From contig CAWHWQ010000003.1 of assembly GCA_963833095.1 (NCBI GenBank), positions 128,001 through 192,000 of the forward strand: a stretch of DNA of 64,000 nucleotides. The letters are read 5' to 3'. Numbering within the stretch: position 1 is the stretch's first letter; the number at the start of each line of letters is the position of its first letter. A program made the position numbers and the translations under genes. Shown here piece after piece: positions 41,525 to 52,719 of this stretch. This stretch comes from Vulcanimicrobiota bacterium (lineage in GTDB: Bacteria > Vulcanimicrobiota > Vulcanimicrobiia > Vulcanimicrobiales > Vulcanimicrobiaceae). The notes under the pieces were generated by a model. That model saw only the letters and a program-made list of their open reading frames with translations. It was not told where the DNA came from and made no database searches.

Positions 41525-43354
41525 CTAATCGTCGAGCTTGAGAACAGCCATGAAGGCTTCTTGCGGCAGCTCGACGCGGCCGACGCGCTTCATGCGTTCC
41601 TTACCGACCTTTTGCTTCTCAAGCAGTTTGCGTTTGCGGGTGATGTCGCCGCCGTAGCACTTCGCCAAAACGTTCTTGCGGATCGCGCTGACGGTTTCGC
41701 GCGCGACGATCTTGCCGCCGATCGCGGCCTGAATCGGCACGTCGAACATCTGGCGCGGAATCAACTCTTTGAGTTTTTCCGCCAGCGCCCGGCCGCGCGC
41801 GGCCGCCTTCTCCCGCGCGACGATAAACGACAGCGCGTCAACCGGTTCTGCGTTGAGCAAGATTTCGAGCTTGACCAAGTCGCCTTCGCGATAGCCGATG
41901 ACCTCGTAGTCGAGCGAGGCGTAGCCTTTGGTCCGCGATTTGAGCTGATCGAAATAGTCCACGATTACTTCGATGAGCGGCATCTCGAAGGTAAGGATCA
42001 CGCGCCCGTCGTGCAGGTACTCCATGTTGAGGAGCGACCCGCGACGCGCGATGGTCGTGTCCATGATCGTGCCGACGTAGTCGGGCGGTGTAATGATCGT
42101 CGCCTTCACGAAGGGCTCTTCGATCGTGTCGATGACGTTGCTAACCGGAAGCTTCGACGGATTGTCGATCATTTCGACCGTGCCGTCGGTCCGGGTCACG
42201 CGAAACACGACTGAGGGTGACGTCGCGATGAGATCGATATTGAAATTGCGCTCGAGCCGCTCTTGCACGATCTCCATGTGCAACAGGCCCAGAAATCCGC
42301 AGCGAAAGCCGAAACCAAGCGCCACCGACGTCTCGGGCTCGTACGAAAGCGCCGCATCGTTGAGCTTCATCTTTTCGAGCGCTTCGCGCAGATCTCCGTA
42401 CTCGGCGCCTTCGTTGGGATAGAGACCGCAATAGACCATCGGTACCGCTTTGCGATAGCCCACCAGCGCGACGTGCGCCGGATTGCTCGCCTCGGTCAGC
42501 GTGTCGCCGACGTCGATGTCGCCAAGCGACCTGACATTTGCGATGACGTAGCCCACGCTGCCCAGGCCCAGTGTCTTCGTTGGGCGCATCTGCGGGCTAA
42601 AGACACCGACCTCGGTACACTCATAGACTTTTTCGTGCGCCATCGACATGAAGCGGCTTCCGGCTTTGAGCTCGCCGTCGACTACGCGCACGTAGGAAAC
42701 TACGCCCCGATACGGATCGAACTGCGCGTTGAACACCAAGCCCCGCAAGTGATCGTGGTGGCCCTTGGGTGGCGGAATGCGGCTCACGATCGCTTCGAGA
42801 ATCTCGTCGATCCCAATACCGTTTTTGGCACTGGCGAGGATACACTCGCTGCGCTCAATGATGAGAAGCTCCTCGACTTCGCCCATCACGCGCTCGGGAT
42901 CGGCCGCGGGCAGATCGATCTTGTTGATCACCGGGATGATCGTGAGATCGTGTTCGACCGCGAGGTGATAGTTGGCCAGCGTCTGCGCTTCGATGCCTTG
43001 CGCTGCGTCGATGATCAGCAATGCGCCTTCGCAGGCGGCCAGCGAACGCGACACTTCGTAGGAGAAGTCGACGTGTCCGGGCGTGTCGATCAAATTGAGC
43101 TGGTAGGTTTGTCCGTCGGCCGCTTTATAATTCAGCGTGACCGGATGCATCCGAATGGTGATCCCGCGCTCGCGCTCCAAATCCATTGCATCGAGCGCCT
43201 GGTCTTCCATGTCGCGCATCTCGACCGTCTTGGTCAACTCCAACAAGCGATCGGAAAGCGTCGTCTTGCCGTGATCGATGTGCGCGATAATACAAAAATT
43301 GCGGACATTGGCCGCAATTTCGGTACGATGGGGGCGCTCGGCCTTAATACTCAC
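41525..43354 (-). CDS. lepA: Elongation factor 4
   Basis: [38 protein letters not shown]. Confidence 0.99.
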   Translation of the reverse strand: MSIKAERPHRTEIAANVRNFCIIAHIDHGKTTLSDRLLELTKTVEMRDMEDQALDAMDLERERGITIRMHPVTLNYKAADGQTYQLNLIDTPGHVDFSYEVSRSLAACEGALLIIDAAQGIEAQTLANYHLAVEHDLTIIPVINKIDLPAADPERVMGEVEELLIIERSECILASAKNGIGIDEILEAIVSRIPPPKGHHDHLRGLVFNAQFDPYRGVVSYVRVVDGELKAGSRFMSMAHEKVYECTEVGVFSPQMRPTKTLGLGSVGYVIANVRSLGDIDVGDTLTEASNPAHVALVGYRKAVPMVYCGLYPNEGAEYGDLREALEKMKLNDAALSYEPETSVALGFGFRCGFLGLLHMEIVQERLERNFNIDLIATSPSVVFRVTRTDGTVEMIDNPSKLPVSNVIDTIEEPFVKATIITPPDYVGTIMDTTIARRGSLLNMEYLHDGRVILTFEMPLIEVIVDYFDQLKSRTKGYASLDYEVIGYREGDLVKLEILLNAEPVDALSFIVAREKAAARGRALAEKLKELIPRQMFDVPIQAAIGGKIVARETVSAIRKNVLAKCYGGDITRKRKLLEKQKVGKERMKRVGRVELPQEAFMAVLKLDD

Positions 43355-43355
43355 A

Positions 43356-43640
43356 TTAGTACGCAGCGACGCATACGCTGTTGATAGCCATAGCGATAAT
43401 CCACGGCACGACGTAGATCACGAGTATGAACAGCACGATGAAGGCGATATCGAAGCCGCCGATCGGCGGGATAATGCGCCGGATCGGGTTGAGCAGCGGT
43501 TCGACCAGCATCGCGAGATAGCGCGTCCAGGGGCCGCGTAGATCCGGCAGCCACGACAATAACGCGTAAATGATCAACACCACCGTGTAGATCTTGAAGA
43601 TTAAAAGGATCGGCCCGTAGAGCGCGCACAGGAAATTCAC
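43356..43640 (-). CDS. YggT family membrane protein
   Basis: [22 protein letters not shown]. Confidence 0.92.
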   Translation of the reverse strand: MNFLCALYGPILLIFKIYTVVLIIYALLSWLPDLRGPWTRYLAMLVEPLLNPIRRIIPPIGGFDIAFIVLFILVIYVVPWIIAMAINSVCVAAY

Positions 43641-43653
43641 GGCAAAGTAAGTT

Positions 43654-44574
43654 CTACGGAAGCGCGGCTAAGACATTTGCCGGCACGCCGTGGAGGAACG
43701 GCGTGGGATCGACCGGCGACCCATCGTACATGATCTGATAGTGCAGGTGTGGGCCGGTTGCAAAGCCGGTTGCGCCGACGAGGCCAATCGTCTCGCCCTT
43801 GTAGACATGCGCTCCGACCGCAACCATTACGCGCGAAAGATGCGCGTACCAGCTGTGATAGCCGTTTCCGTGATCGATGTCGATTTTGATACCGTAACCG
43901 CCGTCATACCCGTTTGCAACCACGGTACCGGCCGCCGCCGCGCGGACGATCTCGCCGTAGTCGGCGCTCAGATCGACGCCCGGGTGGAATTCGACGTCAG
44001 GATAGGTGCGATAGCAATAGCAGCCGATGATCGGCGCGCCGTCGACTGGATCGATCGAAGGGATGTCGGCAATCATTTGCGCGCGAGCCAAATCGCGAAT
44101 GTGGCGGATATTGAGCACGTGCATAGCGAGCTGGCGCATGGCGTCGGATTCGTGCGACACCGCGAGGCTCTCGGCGCTGAGCGCATTGACCCGCTCGGCC
44201 ACGGCCGGCAAAGACTGACCCCGCACCCACGAGGTCTTTTGCCGCACGGGCGGACTCGATGCCGCGCTTGGGACACCGATAAGCTGGCGGATCTCGCTGT
44301 TTTGCTTCTGCACGTGCTGCAGTTGCTTGCGTAGGGTCTCGGTCTGCCGGTCGATCTGCCGCAGCGAGGCTTGTTGTGCGGCGGTTTGTGCGGCGAGGTG
44401 CGAGACCTCCAGTCGCGCGCGAATCACTTCGGCAAAGGCAAAGCCGATCGAGCCCAAGATAACGAGCGCGAGCGCGCCCAGAACGGCGGCCATGTGACGA
44501 CGCCGAACTTGGAAGCGATGCACCGTCTCGCCCCGCTCAGGGACGATCTTCACATAATATCTGTCGGTTATCAT
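43654..44574 (-). CDS. M23 family metallopeptidase
   Basis: TM helix, coiled coil, HPGVD, YAHL, TGPHLHY. Confidence 0.93.
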   Translation of the reverse strand: MITDRYYVKIVPERGETVHRFQVRRRHMAAVLGALALVILGSIGFAFAEVIRARLEVSHLAAQTAAQQASLRQIDRQTETLRKQLQHVQKQNSEIRQLIGVPSAASSPPVRQKTSWVRGQSLPAVAERVNALSAESLAVSHESDAMRQLAMHVLNIRHIRDLARAQMIADIPSIDPVDGAPIIGCYCYRTYPDVEFHPGVDLSADYGEIVRAAAAGTVVANGYDGGYGIKIDIDHGNGYHSWYAHLSRVMVAVGAHVYKGETIGLVGATGFATGPHLHYQIMYDGSPVDPTPFLHGVPANVLAALP

Positions 44575-45062
44575 GCCTTCGACGATCGCGCGAGTTCAAT
44601 CGCACGGAGTTCTTCAGCTGAAGCGTTGACTGCCGGTTTATATCGGTTGACGGCTTTGCCGTAGGTCCGTGTGTCGGTGCGCGAGTAGATGCTCGAGATG
44701 ACGACGCCGTCTCCCTCACGATTGAGCAGAGCCAGCGCGTAGGACAGTTCCGAACCGGTATCCTCAAAGGCGTCGTAGCGGACAAATCCCACCCGGGAGA
44801 CGTCCGTGCGAGCCAGCGTTTCGAGTTCGCTTACCTGCTGAGCGACCCTTTTGAGGCCGGCTTGCTCGGTGGACAAAGCAGACTCGATTGCAGCCAGGCG
44901 GCCCGAGGCGCCCGCGCCACCGCCGATCAGTCCGTCGTGTACGGCCAGCAGCTCCCGGGCGCGGCGTAGCGCCGGCGCCGCGACCGCTAGGTGATAGACG
45001 AGCAGCGCGACCAAGGCCGCGGCAAAGGCTGCGAACGCAGCGTAAATCGTAAGTGTTGACAT
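44571..45062 (-). CDS. DUF4446 family protein
   Basis: VRYDAFEDTGSELSYALALL, SRTDTRTYGK. Confidence 0.88.
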   Translation of the reverse strand: MSTLTIYAAFAAFAAALVALLVYHLAVAAPALRRARELLAVHDGLIGGGAGASGRLAAIESALSTEQAGLKRVAQQVSELETLARTDVSRVGFVRYDAFEDTGSELSYALALLNREGDGVVISSIYSRTDTRTYGKAVNRYKPAVNASAEELRAIELARSSKA

Positions 45063-45068
45063 AAATAA

Positions 45069-45192
<124 letters not shown>

Positions 45193-45196
45193 CGCC

Positions 45197-45205
45197 ATAA
45201 TACCA
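45197..45205 (-). promoter_or_regulatory. Extended -10 promoter element for ffs
   Basis: TGgTATTAT a few nt upstream of the RNA 5' end. Confidence 0.6.
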
Positions 45206-45242
45206 CAGGCCCTTCTGCGTCGTTGCCAAGGAGGTCTCAGCG

Positions 45243-45725
45243 GTGAACGTGCTCCTTGCCTTGATTCTGCTCAGCTCTGCTTTTGATAACGGGACCTTCC
45301 TGCCGAAGACGGCTGCGGCTATTCCCTGCGGCGGTTCGGGCATCTCACCGGCGCTGCGCTGGAGCAATGCGCCGGCCACGACACGCAGTTTCGCACTGAT
45401 CGTCCATGATCCCGACGCGCCGGTCGCCGGGGGCTTCTACCACTGGGTTCTCTACAATCTCCCGCCGGAGACGACCACCCTGCAGCGGTCCGCGCGCATC
45501 CCGGGCAATCGTTCGGGGCGCAATAGCTTCGGAACGCTCGGCTACGCTGGCGCATGCCCTCCTCCGGGGAACGCGCACCACTACCGCTTCACGCTGTATG
45601 CGCTGGACATTGCAAGCATCGATGCAACACAACCGCTGACGGCGACCGAACTGCTGGCGCGCATGCAAGGCCACATCCTCGCACAGAGCACGCTGGTCGG
45701 AATGTTTGCCACGGCACCACGGTAA
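45243..45725 (+). CDS. YbhB/YbcL (PEBP) family protein
   Basis: HDPDAP, HW, GACPPPG, HHYRFTLYALD. Confidence 0.93.
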   Translation: MNVLLALILLSSAFDNGTFLPKTAAAIPCGGSGISPALRWSNAPATTRSFALIVHDPDAPVAGGFYHWVLYNLPPETTTLQRSARIPGNRSGRNSFGTLGYAGACPPPGNAHHYRFTLYALDIASIDATQPLTATELLARMQGHILAQSTLVGMFATAPR

Positions 45726-45736
45726 ACGTCTGCGGA

Positions 45737-45946
45737 ATGGAAGATGTCGTCATCAAAGTTCGTGAGAACGGCCCATACTTGGTAACCGGAAGCGTGCGCC
45801 TGATCGACGCCGACGGCAACCCGTACACCGTCAACGAGAACTTCGTCCTTTGCCGCTGCGGCGGTTCGGCGCTCAAGCCGTTTTGCGACGGCAGTCACCG
45901 CGAAAACGGCTTTTGCGCGACGCAGCGCGCCACGCCACAGGAGTAA
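45737..45946 (+). CDS. CDGSH iron-sulfur domain protein
   Basis: NGPYLV and CRCGGSALKPFCDGSH; start reassigned to ATG 45737. Confidence 0.93.
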   Translation: MEDVVIKVRENGPYLVTGSVRLIDADGNPYTVNENFVLCRCGGSALKPFCDGSHRENGFCATQRATPQE

Positions 45947-45950
45947 CCCG

Positions 45951-47117
45951 ATGCCATCGTACGTTCGCGCCGGTTCGATTCCCCACAAGCGGCACATCCA
46001 ATTCCGCCGTCCCGACGGGGGACTGTATGCCGAAGAACTCTTCTCGACCAAGGGCTTCGAGAGTGTCTACTCGCTGCTCTATCATCTGCGTCCGCCGACC
46101 GCAACGCTTGAGGTACGCGCGTGGGATCGGCCGGCCGTGCGCCTCGTGCCCAACGAACCGCTACGCAACCGGCACTTCAAAACTGCGGGCATCCAAACCG
46201 GTGGCGACGCGATCGATTCGCGCCGGGCGCTCCTGGGGAACGACGACATGCTCGTTTCCATCGCGCAAGCGGATCGTCCGATGGAGTACTGGTACCGCAA
46301 CACGGGCGGCGACGAGTTGCTCTTCATCCATCACGGAGCGGGTGTCATCGAAACGCCGTTCGGTGAACTGGCTTATCGGGCGCACGATTACATCGTGATC
46401 CCGACCGGCACGACCTATCGCGTACTTCCCGCATCGCCCAGTCGCATGCTCGTGCACGAATCGCGCGGCATGGTCACGATCCCTCGGCGCTATCGCAATG
46501 AGTACGGGCAGTTGGAAGAGCACGCGCCGTACTACGAACGCGACTTTCGTGCGCCGGCGCTGAAGTCGCCGGTCGACGCGCGCGGCGAGTACGAAGTGCG
46601 TGTCAGCAGTGCCGGACGTACGGCGATTTACATCGTCCAAAACCATCCCTGCGACGTCATCGGCTGGGACGGCTACTGTTATCCCTATGCCTTCAACCTC
46701 GAAGAGTTCGCGCCCATCACCGGGAAGCTGCATCAACCGCCGCCGGCTCACGCGACGTTCGAAGCGCCGGGTGCGGCGTTCTGCGCCTTTGTCCCGCGTC
46801 TCTTTGATTACCATCCGCTGGCGATTCCCGTTCCGTACAATCATTCAAGCGTCGACTGCGACGAAGTGATCTTCTACGTCAGCGGCAACTTCATGAGCCG
46901 CCGCGGCGTCGAGGAGGGTTCGATCACGTTGCATGCGGCCGGAGCACCGCACGGGCCGCAGCCCGGTGCGGTTGAAGCTAGTCTCGGCAAAACATCGACC
47001 GACGAGATCGCGGTCATGGTCGATACGTTCACACCGCTCGCGCTCGCGCTCTCCGCACTCGAAGTCGAAGACGAACAGTACTACCGCTCTTGGATCGAAA
47101 CTATCGCGCCGGTGTGA
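45951..47117 (+). CDS. hmgA: Homogentisate 1,2-dioxygenase
   Basis: IPHKRH, HQPPPAH, PYNH..DCDEVIFY, HGPQPG. Confidence 0.93.
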   Translation: MPSYVRAGSIPHKRHIQFRRPDGGLYAEELFSTKGFESVYSLLYHLRPPTATLEVRAWDRPAVRLVPNEPLRNRHFKTAGIQTGGDAIDSRRALLGNDDMLVSIAQADRPMEYWYRNTGGDELLFIHHGAGVIETPFGELAYRAHDYIVIPTGTTYRVLPASPSRMLVHESRGMVTIPRRYRNEYGQLEEHAPYYERDFRAPALKSPVDARGEYEVRVSSAGRTAIYIVQNHPCDVIGWDGYCYPYAFNLEEFAPITGKLHQPPPAHATFEAPGAAFCAFVPRLFDYHPLAIPVPYNHSSVDCDEVIFYVSGNFMSRRGVEEGSITLHAAGAPHGPQPGAVEASLGKTSTDEIAVMVDTFTPLALALSALEVEDEQYYRSWIETIAPV

Positions 47118-48369
47118 TCATCCCGCGAGCGCTTCCAAAGCCGATGCGGAACTCGCCCTGCTCGCACCATCCTCGCAGCGTGACCTCGTCACCGTCCTGG
47201 AGGAAGCCACGTACGTCACCCTTCGGCAGATGGATCGGTTCGGTTGCATTCCAGGTGAGCTCGATTAGACTGCCGCGCGAATCCGGCGTGGCACCGCTGA
47301 TCGTTCCGGACGCGTAGAGATCGCCGGGACGAATCTGCGTACCGTTTACGGTGACATGCGCGAGTTGCTGGGCGATGCTCCAATAGAGTTCTTTGAAATT
47401 CGTGCGCGCGATCGTGACCGGTGCGATGTTCTCGTTGCGCATCGCATGCGTGGAGAGGTCGACGGCGAGCTTGATGTCGTAGCCGCCGCGCGCCGGGCCC
47501 AGCAGATATGGAAGTGGTCGCGGGTCCTGCTCACGGCTATCGGTGCGAAAGGGCTCGAGCGCGTCGAGCGTGACGATCCATGGCGAGATCGTCGTCGCAA
47601 ACGACTTGCCTAAAAATGGTCCGAGCGGCTGATACTCCCACGCCTGAATATCTCGCGCGCTCCAGTCATTCACGAGAACAAGGCCAAAAACGTGATCGCG
47701 CATCTTGGCGGGTGGAATCGGCTCGCCGAGGCGATTGCCCGGGCCGGTGACGAAGCCGACCTCTAGCTCGATGTCGAGGCGTTGCGAAGGCCCAAAAACC
47801 GGCGCGTCGCTGCCCGCCGGTTTGCGCTGGCCATTCGGGCGCACGATCGGCGTGCCGTCGATGACCACCGTGCTCGAGCGACCGTGATACGCGATCGGCA
47901 TATGCCGCCAGTTGGGCAACAATGGCTCGGCGTTGGGGCGAAAGAGTTTTCCAAGGTTCGTCGCGTGTTCGAGCGATGAATAAAAATCGACGTAGTCGCC
48001 GATGGACATCGGCACGACCATTGCCGCTTGCGCCTGCTCAACGAAGAACGGCGCGCCCTGACGCTCGCGCAGCGCCGTGTTGCCACTGTCGTCGGCGCGC
48101 AATAAAGCGGCAATATGCAGGCGGAGCTTCTTCCACACTGCAGGACCCGCTGCAAGCAGTGGATTGAGCGTTGGCGCCATCAGCAGCCCCCGGTCGCAGA
48201 CGTCGTCCACGAGCCCGGCTTCGCTCAATGCGAAGAGATCTAAGATGCGCGTACCGATCGCCACGCCCAAGTGCGTGCGTCCCTCGCGCGTAAATGCGCC
48301 GTAGGGCAGGTTGTAAATGGTAAAGTCGCTTCCGGCCGGAACCGGAACCCACGAATGAATGTGCGGCAC
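47101..48369 (-). CDS. fahA: Fumarylacetoacetase
   Basis: DYVDFYSSLEHA, YHGRSS, NDWSARDIQAWEYQPLGPFLGK. Confidence 0.97.
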   Translation of the reverse strand: MPHIHSWVPVPAGSDFTIYNLPYGAFTREGRTHLGVAIGTRILDLFALSEAGLVDDVCDRGLLMAPTLNPLLAAGPAVWKKLRLHIAALLRADDSGNTALRERQGAPFFVEQAQAAMVVPMSIGDYVDFYSSLEHATNLGKLFRPNAEPLLPNWRHMPIAYHGRSSTVVIDGTPIVRPNGQRKPAGSDAPVFGPSQRLDIELEVGFVTGPGNRLGEPIPPAKMRDHVFGLVLVNDWSARDIQAWEYQPLGPFLGKSFATTISPWIVTLDALEPFRTDSREQDPRPLPYLLGPARGGYDIKLAVDLSTHAMRNENIAPVTIARTNFKELYWSIAQQLAHVTVNGTQIRPGDLYASGTISGATPDSRGSLIELTWNATEPIHLPKGDVRGFLQDGDEVTLRGWCEQGEFRIGFGSARGMITPAR

Positions 48370-48374
48370 GACTT

Positions 48375-49202
48375 TTAGACGGCAGCCACGACGCCAAGCG
48401 CGCGCAGGTCGTCGACCGGTTCGCCGAAGCTGCAGCTTCCGTAGCTGATAAAGCGCGCGCGCGCCCCGCGCATCGCGGGTTCGTCTTCGAGCAGCGCAAG
48501 AAGCGCTGCCGGGTCCTCCTCGCCGACGATGGCTTCGAGCGCGCTACGATCGCCTTTGGGCGCAACACCGGCGGCGCAGAGCAGATTGAGGAAGCCGTGC
48601 ATCGTCACACCGGCTGCTTCATTGAAATGACGGACCGGATGGTGAAGCCCCGCGGTTGCCTTGAACGCAACGCCCGCATCGCTCGTCGCCGCGATGAAGG
48701 CCGCGACCTCGGCGACGCTCGGAAAAGCCGACGGTTTGATCCCGCCGCAGCGAAGTTTGGCTCGCAGACCATGCTCGGCAAGTTTATCCATCGCAAGCTG
48801 CTGGCGCGCAGATTCGACGTAGATCGGCAGATCGTCGAGGCGAGCCCGCCGTGCTTGCCGCGCGCATCCGCCAATCGAATAGTCGCCGAGTGGAACTTCA
48901 ATGGCGGCAATCGTTGCCCAGCCTTCATGCCGCGTGCGCGCGACCACCTCGAACATTTCGGGCGTCGAAATCACCGACAACTCGATGCGAGCACGCCCTG
49001 CGAGGCTACGGCGCAATTCGATCAGGCCCGCGGCCGTCACGACGAAGCGCCCGAGCATCCATGCGGCGGAGCCGGACGTCGCCTGATCGTACTCGGCCAC
49101 CGCCGCCTCCATAGGCAGCTTTGCCGGGGGAAAAAGTCCTGCGTAGTCGATCAGGCCTTCGAGGGCGGAACGTCGAGCGGGCGTTTGGGTCAAGGTTTCC
49201 AT
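48375..49202 (-). CDS. Conserved hypothetical protein upstream of fahA
   Basis: LIDYAGLFPPA, KLRCGG, FKATAGLHHP, HGFLN, YGSCSFGEP motifs; 5 nt from the fahA start. Confidence 0.8.
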   Translation of the reverse strand: METLTQTPARRSALEGLIDYAGLFPPAKLPMEAAVAEYDQATSGSAAWMLGRFVVTAAGLIELRRSLAGRARIELSVISTPEMFEVVARTRHEGWATIAAIEVPLGDYSIGGCARQARRARLDDLPIYVESARQQLAMDKLAEHGLRAKLRCGGIKPSAFPSVAEVAAFIAATSDAGVAFKATAGLHHPVRHFNEAAGVTMHGFLNLLCAAGVAPKGDRSALEAIVGEEDPAALLALLEDEPAMRGARARFISYGSCSFGEPVDDLRALGVVAAV

Positions 49203-49255
49203 CGGCGCTACTCTTTCGACAGGGCCCCTCCCGACGCTTCGCCAAGCCCCTTTTC

Positions 49256-50370
<1,115 letters not shown>

Positions 50371-51267
50371 GTGCCAACTCTCGCGAGTCCACTGGTTAAC
50401 GTCGATGCCGTCATGCTCGAATCGCGCGCAAACGCGCTTTCGCAGCGCTCGATCAAGACCTCGGCCAAACTTGAAGGTATCACCCTCGCTATTCGCTGCA
50501 TCGATCTGACGACGCTCGAGGGAAAAGACTCTCACGGTCGGGTGCGTTCGCTCTGCGCAAAGGCGCGCAACCCTCGCCCGGGCTGGCCCAACGTGCCGAG
50601 CGTAGCCGCGGTGTGCGTCTATCCCAACCTCGTGCCGGTCGCGAAAGAAGCGCTGTGCGGCACCCCCGTCAAGGTTGCTTCCGTCGCGACGGCATTCCCG
50701 AGTGGTCTCTCGAGTCTTGAAGTCAAGCTCGCCGACACGGCTGCGGCACTCGAATCCGGAGCCGACGAGATCGATATGGTAATCGACCGCGGCGCGTTTC
50801 TTTCCGGTGACGAGGGGACCGTCTTTGCCGAGATCGTCGCCGTAAAGCAATTGTGCGGCAGAGCGCAACTCAAAGTGATTCTGGAAACGGGCGAACTCGG
50901 GACCTATGACAATATTCGCCGCGCGAGCGATCTCGCGCTCGAAGCCGGAGCCGACCTGATCAAAACTTCCACCGGGAAGGTCGGCACCAACGCGACGTTT
51001 CCCACCGCGGTCGTGATGTGTGAAGCTATCCGCGATTTTGCGCGTCGCACCGGCGAGCGACGCGGACTCAAGGTCGCGGGCGGCGTCCGCAATACAAAGC
51101 AGGCGCTGACGTACCTCGTGATCGTGAAAGAGACGTTGGGCGACGGGTGGCTCACGCCGGACCGCTTTCGGATCGGCGCAAGCTCACTGCTCGACGATCT
51201 GCTCATGCAGCTCGAAAAAGAAGAAACCGGCCACTACGCGGGAACCGATTACATACCAAAGGATTGA
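50371..51267 (+). CDS. deoC: Deoxyribose-phosphate aldolase
   Basis: IDLTTL, GADEIDMV, KVILETGEL, IKTSTGK, KVAGG. Confidence 0.96.
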   Translation: MPTLASPLVNVDAVMLESRANALSQRSIKTSAKLEGITLAIRCIDLTTLEGKDSHGRVRSLCAKARNPRPGWPNVPSVAAVCVYPNLVPVAKEALCGTPVKVASVATAFPSGLSSLEVKLADTAAALESGADEIDMVIDRGAFLSGDEGTVFAEIVAVKQLCGRAQLKVILETGELGTYDNIRRASDLALEAGADLIKTSTGKVGTNATFPTAVVMCEAIRDFARRTGERRGLKVAGGVRNTKQALTYLVIVKETLGDGWLTPDRFRIGASSLLDDLLMQLEKEETGHYAGTDYIPKD

Positions 51268-51269
51268 CG

Positions 51270-52707
51270 ATGGCCATCTTTGATTACGCGCCCGCGCCGG
51301 AGAGCGTGCGGCCACAGATTCGCGAAGACTATGGGCTGTTTATCGACGGACGGTGGACGCCGCCCGAAAGCGGCGCATTCTTCGAGACGGTCAATCCGGC
51401 GAGCGAGACGGTGCTGGCTCGTGTCGCCCAGGCGGGTGAAGCCGACGTCGACCGTGCGGTCCGCGCCGCGCGCAAAGCCTACGACAAGTACTGGCGCAAA
51501 CTCAAAAGCGCCGATCGCGCGAAGTACATCTATCGGATCGCACGTGCCATCACCGAACGCTCGCGGGAGCTGGCGGTCCTCGAGACCATGGATGGCGGAA
51601 AGCCGATCAAGGAGTCGCGCGATTTCGACATCCCAATGTCGGCCGCCCACTTCTTCTATTACGCGGGTTGGGCCGACAAGCTCGAATGGGTCATGCGGGC
51701 AGGGCGCGATCCTCAATCGCTGGGCGTCTGCGGGCAGATCGTGCCTTGGAATTTTCCACTTATGATGGCGGCCTGGAAGATCGCGCCGGCGCTGGCTTGT
51801 GGCAACACGGTCGTGCTCAAGCCGGCCGAGACGACGCCGCTGACCGCGCTTGCGCTGGCTCAAATCATCGAAGAAGCCGACCTGCCACCGGGCGTCGTTA
51901 ACGTCGTGACCGGCGACGGCACAACCGGGGCGGCGCTGGTCGAGCATCCCGACGTCGATAAGATCGCTTTCACCGGCTCGACCGAGGTCGGCAAGGCGAT
52001 CGCTCGCCGCTTGGGCGGGAGCGATAAGCGCCTCACATTCGAACTCGGCGGAAAAGCCGCACACATCGTCTTCGCCGATGCGCCGCATGGATCAGGCGAT
52101 CGAGGGCGTGGTCAACGGCATCTATTTCAACCAAGGACACGTCTGTTGCGCCGGCTCGCGATTGCTCGTGGAGGAGCGATGCACGACGAAATCGTCGGCT
52201 CGTCTTACCGAACGCCTGCAGACGTTGCGTCTCGGAGATCCCCTCGATAAGAACACAGACATCGGCGCGATTAATTCGCGCGCGCAACTCGAGCGGATCG
52301 AGGAGCTAGTTCGCAGCGGAGTGGAGCAGGGCGCGACGCTGGTGCAGCAGCAATGCGATCTGCCGTCACGCGGTTGCTTCTTTCCCGCATCGTTTTTCAC
52401 CAACGTTCATCAGTCGCATCGCATCGCGCGCGAAGAGATCTTCGGTCCCGTACTTTCGATCTTGACATTTCGCACGCCCGACGAGGCGGTTGAGAAGGCG
52501 AATAACACACCCTATGGCCTTTCCGCCGGCGTGTGGACCGAAAAGGGCAGCAAGAATATGTGGGTAGCGCAGCGCCTCCATGCGGGAGTCGTTTGGTGCA
52601 ACACGTTCAACCAATTCGATCCAAGTTCGCCTTTTGGCGGGTATCGCGAATCAGGCTTTGGTCGCGAAGGCGGCGTGCATGGGCTTTACGAGTATCTTGC
52701 ACATTAA
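51270..52707 (+). CDS. Aldehyde dehydrogenase (frameshifted near 52085)
   Basis: [39 protein letters not shown]. Confidence 0.94.
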
Positions 52708-52719
52708 ACGGGGTCGTTG

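Noticed and set aside
50371..52707. deoC plus aldehyde dehydrogenase as a novel system or microcompartment cargo
   Set aside because: A common pairing for acetaldehyde disposal; no shell protein genes in the window
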